This document shows positions 50,730 to 62,074 of a stretch of 64,000 bases of DNA, piece after piece; position 1 is the first letter of the stretch, and each line of letters starts with the position of its first letter. This DNA is from Felis catus (taxonomy: Eukaryota): NCBI RefSeq assembly GCF_018350175.1, contig NC_058368.1, positions 218,552,001-218,616,000 of the forward strand. The letters run 5' to 3'. The notes beneath the pieces were generated by a model that worked only from the letters and a program-made list of their open reading frames with translations, had not been told where the DNA came from and made no database searches. The position numbers and the translations under genes were made by a program.

Positions 50730-53110
50730 ATTTTTTTTTAATTAAGATGTGAGATCATTATAGAATCATATTGTAAGAAATAACACAAAGAGATTTTTTG
50801 TACCCGTTACTATTTCCCCCAGTGGTAACATCTTGTAAACCTATAGAATTATATCACAATCAGGATAGTGCTATTGAGAATGTCAAGATACAGAACATTT
50901 TCCTCATCACATACATCCCTCATATTGCTCTAGATTAGCCACATCTACTTGTCTCCAAACTCCAATCTCTAAAAAACAATAATCTGTTTTCCATTTCCAA
51001 AATTTTGTTATTTCAAGAGTCTTATAAAATAGAGCCATACAGTGTGTAATGTTTTGATATTGGCTTTTTTTTTCACTCAATATAATTCCCTGGATATTCA
51101 ATAAGGTTCATCAACTTCGTATCAAGAGTGTGTTCCTTTCTATTGCTCATTAGTATTCCATTGTAAGATGGTATCACAGTTTGTTTACCCAACCATCTGT
51201 TGAAGGTATGTGGGTTGCTTCCACTTTTAGGCTATTAAGAATATAGCTGCTAAACATGTATGTACACATTTTTGCATGAATTTTGCATTGATTTAGGATA
51301 AACGTTAAAGAGTGCAATTTCCGGCTCCTGTTAGGTGCATGTTTAGTTTTTTGGCTGATCACCTTACATTTCCACATACAATGTTTAAGTGATCCAGGCC
51401 TGCATCCAATTTATTTCTCTTTCTAGACATTCTTATAGGTGTGTAAAAACCTGTATTTTCCTAATGTTTAATGATGTTTAAAATCTTTTTATGTGTTTAC
51501 CATGTACATATCCTCCGTTATGAAATATTTCTTCATATATTTTGCCAATTATCAGAAAGTTCTATGATTGATTAATAAAATTTCTTTATAATGTTTTGTT
51601 AGGTATGTGGTTTGAAAATGTTTTCTGTCAAATTGTATGTAACTTGCCATTTCAACTTCTTTTTTTTTAAATTTTTTTCCACGTTTTTATTTATTTTTTT
51701 TGGGACAGAGAGAGACAGAGCATGAACGGGGGAGGGGCAGAGAGAGAGGGAGACACAGACTCGGAAACAGGCTCCAGGCTCTGAGCCATCAGCCCAGAGC
51801 CTGACGCGGGGCTCGAACTCATGGACTGCGAGATCGTGACCTGGCTGAAGTGGGACGCTTAACCGACTGCGCCACCCAGGCTCCCTTTCAACTTCTAACA
51901 GGGTCTTTTGTAGAGCAAAACTTTTGTTAAGCAAAAGTTTTGTTTTTCCTTTTCTTTAATTTCATTGCAGTCCAATTCATCAAGTTTTCCATTTGTTTAA
52001 TAAATATTCTATGGTTTTAAATTTGACATTGAATTATATGATACATTTTGAAGTAGTGTTTGTACAAGGTGTGAACCTCATTGTGTGTATTTGTGGTTTA
52101 TTTATTCTGTATCCTTTTTCTAAAGATCTATGTCTCAACAATATCACACAGTCTTGATAACTCTATATAACAATTCTTGAAGTCAAGTAGATTACTGATT
52201 CCTCTCTTTTCATTTCTAAAGTTTCATTTATGTTACTATAAGCAATTATATTAAATATATTGATACAAATTTTATTGTATTTTAATTAATATATTTTAAT
52301 TTTGGTATCCATAATTCATTGTTAGTATAGACAAATACAACTGATCCTTGTATATTATCATGTATCCTGTAAGGTTGCTAAACCCAGTTATTATCTATAG
52401 GAGTTAGAAATATGAGTTTTATAGACTACTTGAGATTTTCTACATAAATAATCATGTAATCTACAGATAAGAATAGTGTAATTTTTACTTTCTGATACAG
52501 AGAACTTTTATGTCTTTTTTTTCCTTCTTGCTTTACCTAAAATTACAGCATTACATTACATAAGAGTGTATCAATACATCATTGGCTTATTCCCATTCTC
52601 CATTGGTTTATTCCCATTCTAGCAGAATAAAGCATCTAGTCTTTTATTAAATGTGATATTAACTATATATTTTTGTAAGTGTTCTTTAAAAAGTTAAAGA
52701 GGTTGTCCTTTATTCCCATTTTCTGAGTTTTTTTTTTTTCTTGAGGATGTGTTGAGTTGTATCATTTTTCGTATTATTTGATAGAGTCATGTGATTTTTC
52801 TTCCTTAATTTTAGGGTAAAATACATTGATTTCTAAATAGTAACCAACCTGTATCTCTGCAATAATTCTCACTTGGGAATAATGTATAATGTTTTTATAT
52901 ATTACTATGTTCTCTTGGACAATATTTTGATAAGAATTGTATCTACATCCATGAAGATACTGAACTCTATGTTTCTTTTATTCTGTGTAGTTTCCTACCA
53001 AGGTAATAGTAGCTTCATATAATAAGTAAGAAAGTCCTTCCTCCCATTCTACATTCTGGAAGAGGTTATGTATTCTACATTCTGGAAGAGGAAGATTTGA
53101 TGTTAAGACT
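50730..53110 (-). mobile_element. L1MC-like 3' end and ORF2 fragment, interrupted by a SINE
   Basis: GTAAGAAATAACACAAAGAGAT...TCCCCCAGTGGTAACATCTTG 3'UTR signature followed by antisense ORF2 motifs. Confidence 0.85.
51661..51885 (-). mobile_element. young SINEC_Fc
   Basis: TSD TTTCAACTTCT (51650-51660 / 51886-51896). Confidence 0.97.
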
Positions 53111-53119
53111 TAAAAAAAA

Positions 53120-53271
53120 ATGTTTGCAGTTACCACAGGGCACAACATTTAGAACTCCACACTGAATTTAATGTTCTGGCTGTCCATTTCTTGAAATTAG
53201 CAATAAATTTGGGACAAGGGTCCCAAGATGTTCATTTTGCAGTAGGCCCCACAAATTTTTTGGTTAGTCCT
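53120..53271 (+). mobile_element. MER91-like hAT DNA transposon
   Basis: TTTAATGTTCTG...CTTGAAATT...TTCATTTTGCAGTAGGCCCCACAAATT. Confidence 0.75.
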
Positions 53272-54010
53272 ATATGCAATGGATAAGCATGATTACTGAT
53301 AAAGAAATAACCAACTCATTAAAATATGTAAAACTTCCAGAAAGAAAATGGATAACTCATTTCTTAATTGGCATTGATTTGCAATAAATGACACATTTGA
53401 AAAATATTCTTTGGTGTTTATTAATTTCATTTTATTGCATATCTATAAAACTATAGAACTATTCCATGTGTCTTCCCTTATTGATTTTAATAAAAATATA
53501 ATAACATTGACACTAGATATTTTAATTTGCATATTTAATTATGCATGGGTTAGAAAATAACTATTGAGAAGAAATAGATTGAGTCCACATTAATGTATGA
53601 ATTTTCTCATTATAATAAAATTTAATTATAAGTTTGAATTATTGATTTCTTGCTTGGGTAAACTAATTCCTCCATTACCAGTGGCAATGCAAACATATCA
53701 TAATTAGAGGACAGAACTAGGTAATGGAGATGTGTCTCATCAAATAATTATACCTCTCATTTTGATGGATCTTAAATTAGGATAGAGAAAATGATATAAG
53801 TTATAACAGTATATTTTATTTGCATAATTTCCTACTTATAAATTTATAAATAGTCTAGGTTATGTTATGTGAACATTCTAGCAGAATAAAGTGAACATTG
53901 TTCTTCTCAATTATTCAGCTGGTTAAAAGAGAAATAAATATATTAAGGTGATACTAACATTAATTTTAAAGTATAAATCTTGTAAATTTATACTTTAAAA
54001 TTAATGTTGA

Positions 54011-54227
54011 GAGGCACCTAGGTGGCTCAGTTGGTTAAGTGTCCGACTTCAGTTCAGGTCATGATCTCACAGTTTGTGGGTTCAAGCTCCATATCAGGTT
54101 CTGTGCTGACATCTGGGAGCCTGAAGACTGCTTTGGATTCTTTGTCTCCCTCTTTCTCTGTCCCTCATGCTTTGTCTCTCTCCATCTTTCAAAAATGAAT
54201 AAACATTAAAAAAATAAAAAAAACAAA
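54011..54227 (+). mobile_element. Can-SINE
   Basis: TSD AAAATTAATGTTGA (53997-54010 / 54228-54241). Confidence 0.95.
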
Positions 54228-54244
54228 AAAATTAATGTTGAAAT

Positions 54245-54430
54245 GATGTCAGCAAGATGGTGTAATAGGAGGTCCACATTCCTCATCTTCCCCCATAGAA
54301 ACATAATTTGTCAGCCATCCACAGGGGAAAAAAAAAGGCCTTTATGGGAGCGTTGGCACACAGGTAGGAGATTCCAAAACCCTGGTGGAGCCCAAGATTA
54401 ATGAGGGTCACTTTCAGAAGGCAAATATCT
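54245..54430 (+). mobile_element. L1M 5'UTR fragment
   Basis: GATGTCAGCAAGATGG start typical of old L1 5' ends. Confidence 0.6.
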
Positions 54431-55124
54431 AACCTTGACCCTATCCTATGAAATGAGTAGTATATGGAAATTCTTTCTTGTCATATCTCATTTTATACAC
54501 CAGTTTAGGTATAACTTATTGTTAATATTAAGACACAGCATATACTTTTTTGCCTCTAGAAAATGAAATCAACCAAAAATAATAGAATTGTCCTTGGTTT
54601 CCAAATCATGTTAAAACTAACTACTAGGAACTTGAAGTTGCAAGTGAAAATACACTGTGATAGCCTGTATGGAGTCAAGGAAAAAGGACAGTTGATACAT
54701 TTTCCTTTCATATTTTTTTGCAGCATAGAAAAATAAAGTGATGGCTCTTTACACAAAATACTTTCAGATACAAATTTTTGTCTTGAAATAGCATTCCCCC
54801 CCCCCTTACAAGCATTGTTTGAGTCAAACAGTAAAAAAAAATAAAAATAAAAAACAACACCACCAACATTTTAGAAGTGGAATTAACCATAAACATAAAT
54901 ATCTGTCTAATAAATTTCAAATAAAAGAACACAAGTAATTTGCTTTTCTTTAATTATGTGTATTTAACTCAGTTTGATCAACATTTTCTGAAAGTCCTGA
55001 TGTGAGTAAAAAATGAGAAAGAAAACCACACTGTATTTGTTTTGAGGAGAAGGGATTTCTGAGGAAAATCAAAATATACTTACTCTATAGCACATAATAC
55101 TAATGAAAGTAAAAATGCTTTCTT

Positions 55125-55340
55125 TTACTTTTTTTAAAAGGATATTTAGTTATCTTGAGAGACAGAGAGAGAGCAGGACGGGCAGGAGAGGGACAGAGAA
55201 GGGAGAGAGAGAATCCCAAGCAGGCTCCATTCTGTCAGTGCAAAGCCCAAAGTGGGGCTTGAACTCATGATCCGTGAATTCACTACCTGAGCCAAAATCA
55301 AGAGCTGGATGTTTAGCTGACTGAGCCACCCAGGCCCCCC
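55125..55340 (-). mobile_element. Can-SINE
   Basis: GAGAGAATCCCAAGCAGGCTCC...CTGAGCCACCCAGGCCCCCC. Confidence 0.93.
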
Positions 55341-56101
55341 TAAAATTACTTTCTATAACTTGAAAAAAAGGATTGTTGGCTTATTAAATAGGAAAAACTC
55401 AGTGGGAAAGAATCATTAAATGGGTTATTTTTTCCTACTCCCAGAAGATCACTTGGTCAGTGATCTATACCTTCTGTTATCTCTGCCAGCTAACAGGATA
55501 GTCACTTTATATTTTCAATGATTAGAAAGTTCAACCCAAATTAAATTAAAAATTGATCCTATTTTTATTCAGAGCTACTACATTCCTGCTCAAACACAAA
55601 TCTCTCCCTGGGTCTGTGATCTCTACTGAAATGGAAATTTTTGCTTGCTCACTTTCTTCATTTCTTCGATACCCACCACTATCACACACAAAACAAAGGC
55701 ACAACCTTACTTAACAGTCTTGATGTAATTATAAAAATACAGCATTTATTAAAGTATCACCAAACCAAAGCTCATATTTTTGTCAGTTTATGAGAAATAG
55801 TAAAATGTATTAATATCACTGCCAACAATAATAGATATTGTGTTTAATGGGGGAAATGTCATGTCTTCCACAATTTCAGGTAAACAAGCACACAGAAATT
55901 CTTCTCATGAACTAAGTGAGAAAAAACTGAATTGACAATTGTTTAATAAAGTTTTGTTGCACGCACTTTGATAATTTTCTTTTGGAAAATACACATTTCA
56001 TTGAACATTATTTGAGATTTATTTTCCTAGTCAGAATAACATGAAGTAGAAATGTACTCATATATTTGAAGTTGGCATTATAATTTTACTGAAAAATAAT
56101 T

Positions 56102-56320
56102 AAAAAAAAATTTTTTTTCAACGTTTATTTATTTTTGGGACAGAGAGAGACAGAGCATGAACGGCAAGGGGCAGAGAGAGAGGGAGACACAGAAACGGAA
56201 ACAGGCTCCAGGCTCTGAGCCATCAGCCCAGAGCCCGACGCGGGGCTCGAACTCACGGACCGCGAGATCGTGACCTGGCTGAAGTGGGACGCTTAACCGA
56301 CTGCGCCACCCAGGTGCCCC
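56102..56320 (-). mobile_element. young SINEC_Fc
   Basis: Perfect TSD ACTGAAAAATAATT (56088-56101 / 56321-56334). Confidence 0.97.
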
Positions 56321-57152
56321 ACTGAAAAATAATTTTAAATGTAGTTTAGACACTGGATTATACATGACTTAAGAACTGGAATATATACACTTTCAAAATG
56401 TGTTGAGTGAAAAATATGATTACTGGAATATGAATTCAGGACTCACACCAGTGTTACATATGGTACATGATTTTTTTTTTCTATAATCATTGAAAGAGTG
56501 CAAGGTTGATTTCTATTTACATACCTTTTTGAAAATATGCTAATGAAAGTGAATGAATATTTACTATTTTAAATTCAAGACAAATGAAGTTATAACTTGT
56601 CAATAAAGACACATACCCAATTTTAGATGCTTGGGGATATTATAATAACAGTAAAATTCATATCTTACCTCTCTTCAATGCAAAAACCATATATTTCCAT
56701 TATTTACATGAATGTATGGTGTAACGCACTACTATAAAAATCAGAAAACCAGAAACATACACAACAAATACTAGATTTGAAATAAATAAGAAGAAAACAG
56801 CAAATTTAGAAACAACAAACCTCTTTTCATTTGAAAAAAACAAACTGTATAAAATAAGGCTCATCTTACCTCTTGGAGCTGAATTCTGCTATGGTACTTG
56901 GTTTTCAAATACATTAATGGTTTGAGTACTATATATACATGGACCATCTTCAAACGACAATCTTGATATTAAAAGTTATATTTTTTGCATTTCAATTTTG
57001 CTGGTTATGACGGGCATCCAGATAGTTTATTTCTAGAAATAACTATTTCATGATTTGATTATTGGAGAATATTTTTTGTGATATTTGGGCAATTCTCTCT
57101 TAATTAATTGATGCCAGCATCTTCCTTCTCCCTGACTAAACTGATGTTCATC

Positions 57153-57465
57153 TGTAGCAGGATTCTCACACAGAGTCGTGACACAGAGGTTTTCTTTCCA
57201 GGAAGCAAATTTATTCATGCCAGCACCACTCAGTTAGGTTCATACCAAAGAATTGAGCCCCGAATATCACATGGCATAGTTTTTTTATACATTTTCTATT
57301 TCTTTGTCTCCCATATATGGTAACACACAAACATGTAATCTGATTAAGTGGTCTCATGTTACAAAGTCATGAGGGATATTGTCACGTATGCGCCTAGTCA
57401 GGGTACCTTGAGGGTTTTTTTTCCCCTCTTTTTTTTTCTTTCCTTAGGGCGGGGACCCTACAACA
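57153..57465 (-). mobile_element. short solo ERV LTR (ERV1-like)
   Basis: TG...CA ends, TSD CATC/CATT; on the minus strand TATAAAA, TCGGGGCTC and AATAAA occur in LTR order. Confidence 0.82.
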
Positions 57466-58216
57466 CATTTAATATAAGAAAACCACCTAGACAAACCCAG
57501 GAGAGTGATTATAGTAATTAATCAGTGAGAAAAGAAGGTAAGCATAAAATCCTGTTTTAACCTCTTCTGTCTTTTATATCTTCAGACTTAGTACTTCTCT
57601 TACTTTATGTCTCTTTTTCATTTCTTTTCTCCCCCAAAACTTATCAAATCATCTTTTTCAGCTATTATTCAATGTCTATTATAAAATAGCCATATTTACC
57701 TATGTAAAAGTCATATTTACAAGCCATAAAATCAATTTAACTCAATTCAACAAATATTGTGTCTGTGTTCTTATCATATGCTTAATTGTTATTTTCCCAG
57801 ATAATGTCTACATATCCCTAGACTAATATATATTGATCATATAATTTTCCCTTAAATTTCATATGTTTCCCTGTTTCTAGCTACTCTAATCTGAGCAAAA
57901 CTCAGAAAAAAATTCAATTAGATTTAACATGTACTGTAGACCTCTTAAGTACATATAACTATTTTACATGGCATCTCACTTAAACCTCATAGCAAGCTTT
58001 TAGAGAGACGATATTCATGGAAAACTGAAATGCGCAGATACTCAGTAACTTTCTCTAAGCGCATGAGTTTTCCACTAGAACATTCACTTAGTAAGTGTTA
58101 ATAGCTGTTTTGTGTATTTCATTAAACATAATAAATAATATTTTTACAAATCATAAACAGATAGATCTATCTCTTGTTAAATTAAAGCAAAAACAAACAA
58201 ACAAAAAACCAAAATA

Positions 58217-58830
58217 AAACAGAAATTTCTCCAAAGAAGATACATAGATGACAGACAGACACATGAAAAGATAGTCAACATCACTCATTATCAGGGAAAT
58301 GGAAATTAAAACTAGAAAGAAATGTCACCTCACACCCATCGGAATGGCTAAAATCAAAAACACAAGAAATATGTGTTGGTGAAAATGTGAAGGAAAAGGA
58401 ACCCTCACACCATGTTGGTGGGAATACAAACTGGTACAACCACTGTGGAAAAGAGTATGGTGATTGCTCTAATGTTAAAAATTGAACTACCCTATAATCC
58501 AGTAATCACACTACTGGGTATTTACCCCAAAATACAAAGCACAAATTCAAAGGAACGCATGCACCCCTATGTTTATTGGAGCATTATTTACAATAGCTAA
58601 ATTATGGAAGCACCCCCAAGAGTCCATTGACAAGAAGGATGGATAAAGAAGATTATTCAGTCATAAAAAAACAATGAGATCTTATCATTTGCAACATTAT
58701 GGATAGAGCTAGACAGTAAAATACTAGGTGAAGTAAGTCAGAGAAAGACAGATACCATACGATTTCACTCATATGTGTAATTGAAGAAACAAAACAAATT
58801 AGCAAAGAAAAAAAACAGAGAGAGAAAGAC

Positions 58831-58874
<44 letters not shown>

Positions 58875-59088
58875 CCAAGAAACAGGCTCACCTATAGAGA
58901 ACAAATTGATGGTAACCAGAGGGAAGGAGGGTGGGGGAATGGATGAACCAGGTGATTAAAGCATACACTTAAAATGATGAATACTGAGTAATGTACAGAA
59001 GTGTTGAATCACTATATTGTACACCTGAAGTTAATAGAACACTGAATGCTAACCATACTGAAATTAAAATTTAAAAATTAAAAAAATA
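58217..59088 (+). mobile_element. carnivore L1 3' end with (GA)n
   Basis: TTCTCCAAAGAAGA...CATTATCAGGGAAAT...GAGAAAGACAGATACCATACGATTTCACTCATATGTG...TTGTACACCTGAA...A tail. Confidence 0.92.
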
Positions 59089-59127
59089 AGCAACAAACCA
59101 AAACAAAAACTAATATACAGCTAGATA

Positions 59128-59614
59128 TGAGCAGGAAACAGGACGAGCCAATCATTGAAAAAGACAGAAACCACCAATCACCTCCAGAAAGCTAACGAAA
59201 GGGGAAAACCCCAGAAAACATGTATGCACTCTTTCTTATAAAAGCTGCCCTGAAGTAACCTATAGCTTCATTATAACACATTTACATTGGGGTTATGATG
59301 TGGAGGATGGCTTCCATGAGTCCTGGCAAGAACCATGCAGATATAAAAAACTCTCTTTTTTATGAGTTCTTTAGGTGATTGGAGGCAACATCAGTCACAG
59401 ACAGCCTGACTATGACCCATAACTCATGAAAGTATAAAAAAAAAACAAGATAAACCTGACCTCTGGTGCAGTTGCCTCCTCTGGGTGTGACACCTTAAGA
59501 GTGCACTTTCGCTTTGACCACTATTAAATGGTTGCTTGCTTAAGAGCTTTGCTCTGAAATGTTTCTTGGCTTAACTCAAGAACCCAAGTTGGGGAACAGG
59601 ACTTGTGGCTAACA
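59128..59614 (+). mobile_element. ERV LTR (family uncertain)
   Basis: CCAAT boxes, TATAAAA ~59433, ATTAAA ~59523, TTCTTGG...CAAGAACC...CTAACA end. Confidence 0.6.
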
Positions 59615-60082
59615 AAAGAAACAAAGGAGAGCCTTGATAGCAGTGGAAGCAGTAAAAGCAAATTTTAATCAGGAACTATTGCAGTAGGGGGAAGGATACC
59701 TCAGTATAAAATGGGGCTCAGCTCTGAATACAAAAAAGAAAAGTGGGGATTTATGGCCAAGAGAGATTGAAGGGGTTAGTGCATGGAAAATTATCAAAAG
59801 ACTAAGGCAACTTTTGCTAGAAGTTGACCCAATAGGATTTTAGCTAAGGGCAGGCCAGGGTGATCAGTTCTTCCCTGTGGGATGATCCTGGAGGGATGAG
59901 ACATTTGGTCAGATATTGAGGGTGATCAGATATCTAGGGTGGATATTCTCTCTAAACTGATTTAGCAAGATTCTTGCTAAAACTGGACTGTACAAGAACA
60001 GAGACAGAAGCTCAAGAGTAGACCTGGTGAGCAGAGGGCTCAGAAGAGGGTGACTAAAGTTTGACCAAGAAACTCTTTGTCA
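59615..60082 (-). mobile_element. MER31-like ERV1 LTR
   Basis: Reverse complement starts TGACAAAGAGTTTCTTGGTCAAACTTTAGTCA; GGGTGATCAGATAT repeats; TTCTTGCTAAAACTGGA. Confidence 0.85.
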
Positions 60083-61561
60083 CCCTGAAAATCGTTCATT
60101 CCTGGGAGGAAAATGTCTCATTATAATAACATTCAGGATGGCTTTAGAAAAATTTTTTTATCACAGTCTTAATGCTCCAATCAATGAACAGCCCCCAAAG
60201 ACTCATTAACAATGGCAAAAATGTCTATTCATTTATCTGACATTTACTTTCAGGTCAAAAGTCCATGTGGATCTTTCTAAGTGATATACTAATAGAGAGA
60301 CCATGGTCAGATCTATTTAATAGAGGGCTAGGATTAGACTCATTTGCAATTGTTTTTTTCATTATATTTGGAAGCAATCTATATGTAATACACTTGTATT
60401 TTCAACTCTATGGTGAAATAAAGGGATTGAGGGAGCAAGCAGTGAGTTTTTCACGAGGCAAAGGCTTCTTTAATTCTCCAGTGTAAACCTAATGAGAGAA
60501 TTGCTTTCTGTGCAGTACAGTGAACTGAAGGTCATCATCAATTCTGTTTACTCCTGTTGCAAGTGACTCCACTGCTTGTAAATAATTCATGATACTATGT
60601 TATAAATAACATTTTATGTAAAAGAAAACCATGCCTGGGTTTACTAAGTGTTCCTTTAATCTTTAGAAATATATCAACTCAAATAGCTTCCACCATTGTA
60701 TACAGCCTTAGTTTAGTCTCATAAAAATTGCTTTCTGAATCTTCACTATTAAAACATGGAATGCCTTATTGTTGAAATTTACAGAACTTGTTGAATAAAG
60801 GTAACCTGGTAGGGATTTTGGCTTATTATTTTTAAGATACCTGAAGGAGAAGCAATATAATGCATGGAGTATTTATTTGAATAACAGGAATACTCAGAGG
60901 AGTTATGAAAAAAATAGATTATAGGCTAAATTTCATAAAATAAAAATTTAGGCAGTATAAAATCCCCACACGCACCAAAAATATTGGTATTTTTCTTATT
61001 TCAGAAAACAATAAGCAAAAAGATTTTGGAAAAAAAAAAGTTTTACTTTGCCTTTTTTCCTGCTGTTAAAATGAACTTCTCAAGGGGTTTCTAAAATTTA
61101 CTCAGTAAAGCATTTTTCCATAAAAATCATTTTCACTTTTAACAGATAAATATAACAACTGAATTCATAAATAATGATGTAGAACATATAAATATTTTCA
61201 TAGCTTGAAAATTACTTTGGAAAAACTCTTCTAAAAATATTGTACAAAACATTTTGCTTTTCAGTATTCATTTCATTAGTTTCTTAAGCCTTACTTAAAA
61301 CTTCAAGATAGTTCAAAGCTATCTAGAAAAACTTGTAGATATTTAAAGAAACAGTTGCATTTAACAGCACATGGATTCATTGTGTACTTTATTACATATT
61401 TTATTTTACAGTTTAGATGTGTAAATACACATCTCATAGTTTGTTAAAAGATTTGATATTTCAAATATGTGTCTATCAAGAAACCAAGCTACATGAATTT
61501 TTAAAAACATTTCTAAGGGCTTTCTGAGAAAGTAAACTAGGGTAAAGAATGTTGAATGATA

Positions 61562-61772
61562 GGGGCAGCTGGGTGGTTCAGTCAGTCAAGTGTCCGACTT
61601 TGTCTCAGGTTAGGGTCTCATGGTTTGTGAGTTCAAACCCTGGGTCAGTCTCTGTGCTGACAGCTCAGAGCCTGGAGACTGCTTAGGATTCTGTCTCTCT
61701 TTCTACCCGCCCCGCCCCCACCCCACTCACACTCTGTCTCTCTCTCCTTCAAAAATAAATAAACATTAAAAA
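61562..61772 (+). mobile_element. Can-SINE
   Basis: TSD AATGTTGAATGATA (61548-61561 / 61773-61786). Confidence 0.95.
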
Positions 61773-62074
61773 AATGTTGAATGATAAATATTCCTTGCAA
61801 GTTAGAAGTTGTGTATTTCCCCAGAGCCATTTGATCACATTCTCTCCTTCTCTCCTGTTGGCTACTAAAAAGCTCCTATATAAACTCCAAGATTTATATG
61901 TAAGTTTTTTTTTCTCCCCTATGGTATAGAATTTTCCCTCTATTTCCATGTTAGCCCTGGTTCCCATGCCCCAACACTCACAGGGTAACATGGACTATCC
62001 CTCCATTTATTTATTTAATTTCTTCACCAGGATTTTGTGTATAGATATGTATATCTACAGATATATGGATATAG

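Noticed and set aside
55446..55466. 8-bp-stem hairpin AGATCACT...AGTGATCT; also the palindrome TCACAAATTTGTGA near 35596
   Set aside because: Short enough to be expected by chance in 64 kb of AT-rich DNA.
56860..57040. Possible minus-strand exon ending at AG/GTAAGA
   Set aside because: All three frames contain stops and the acceptor is weak; no coding support. A non-coding exon cannot be excluded without RNA data.
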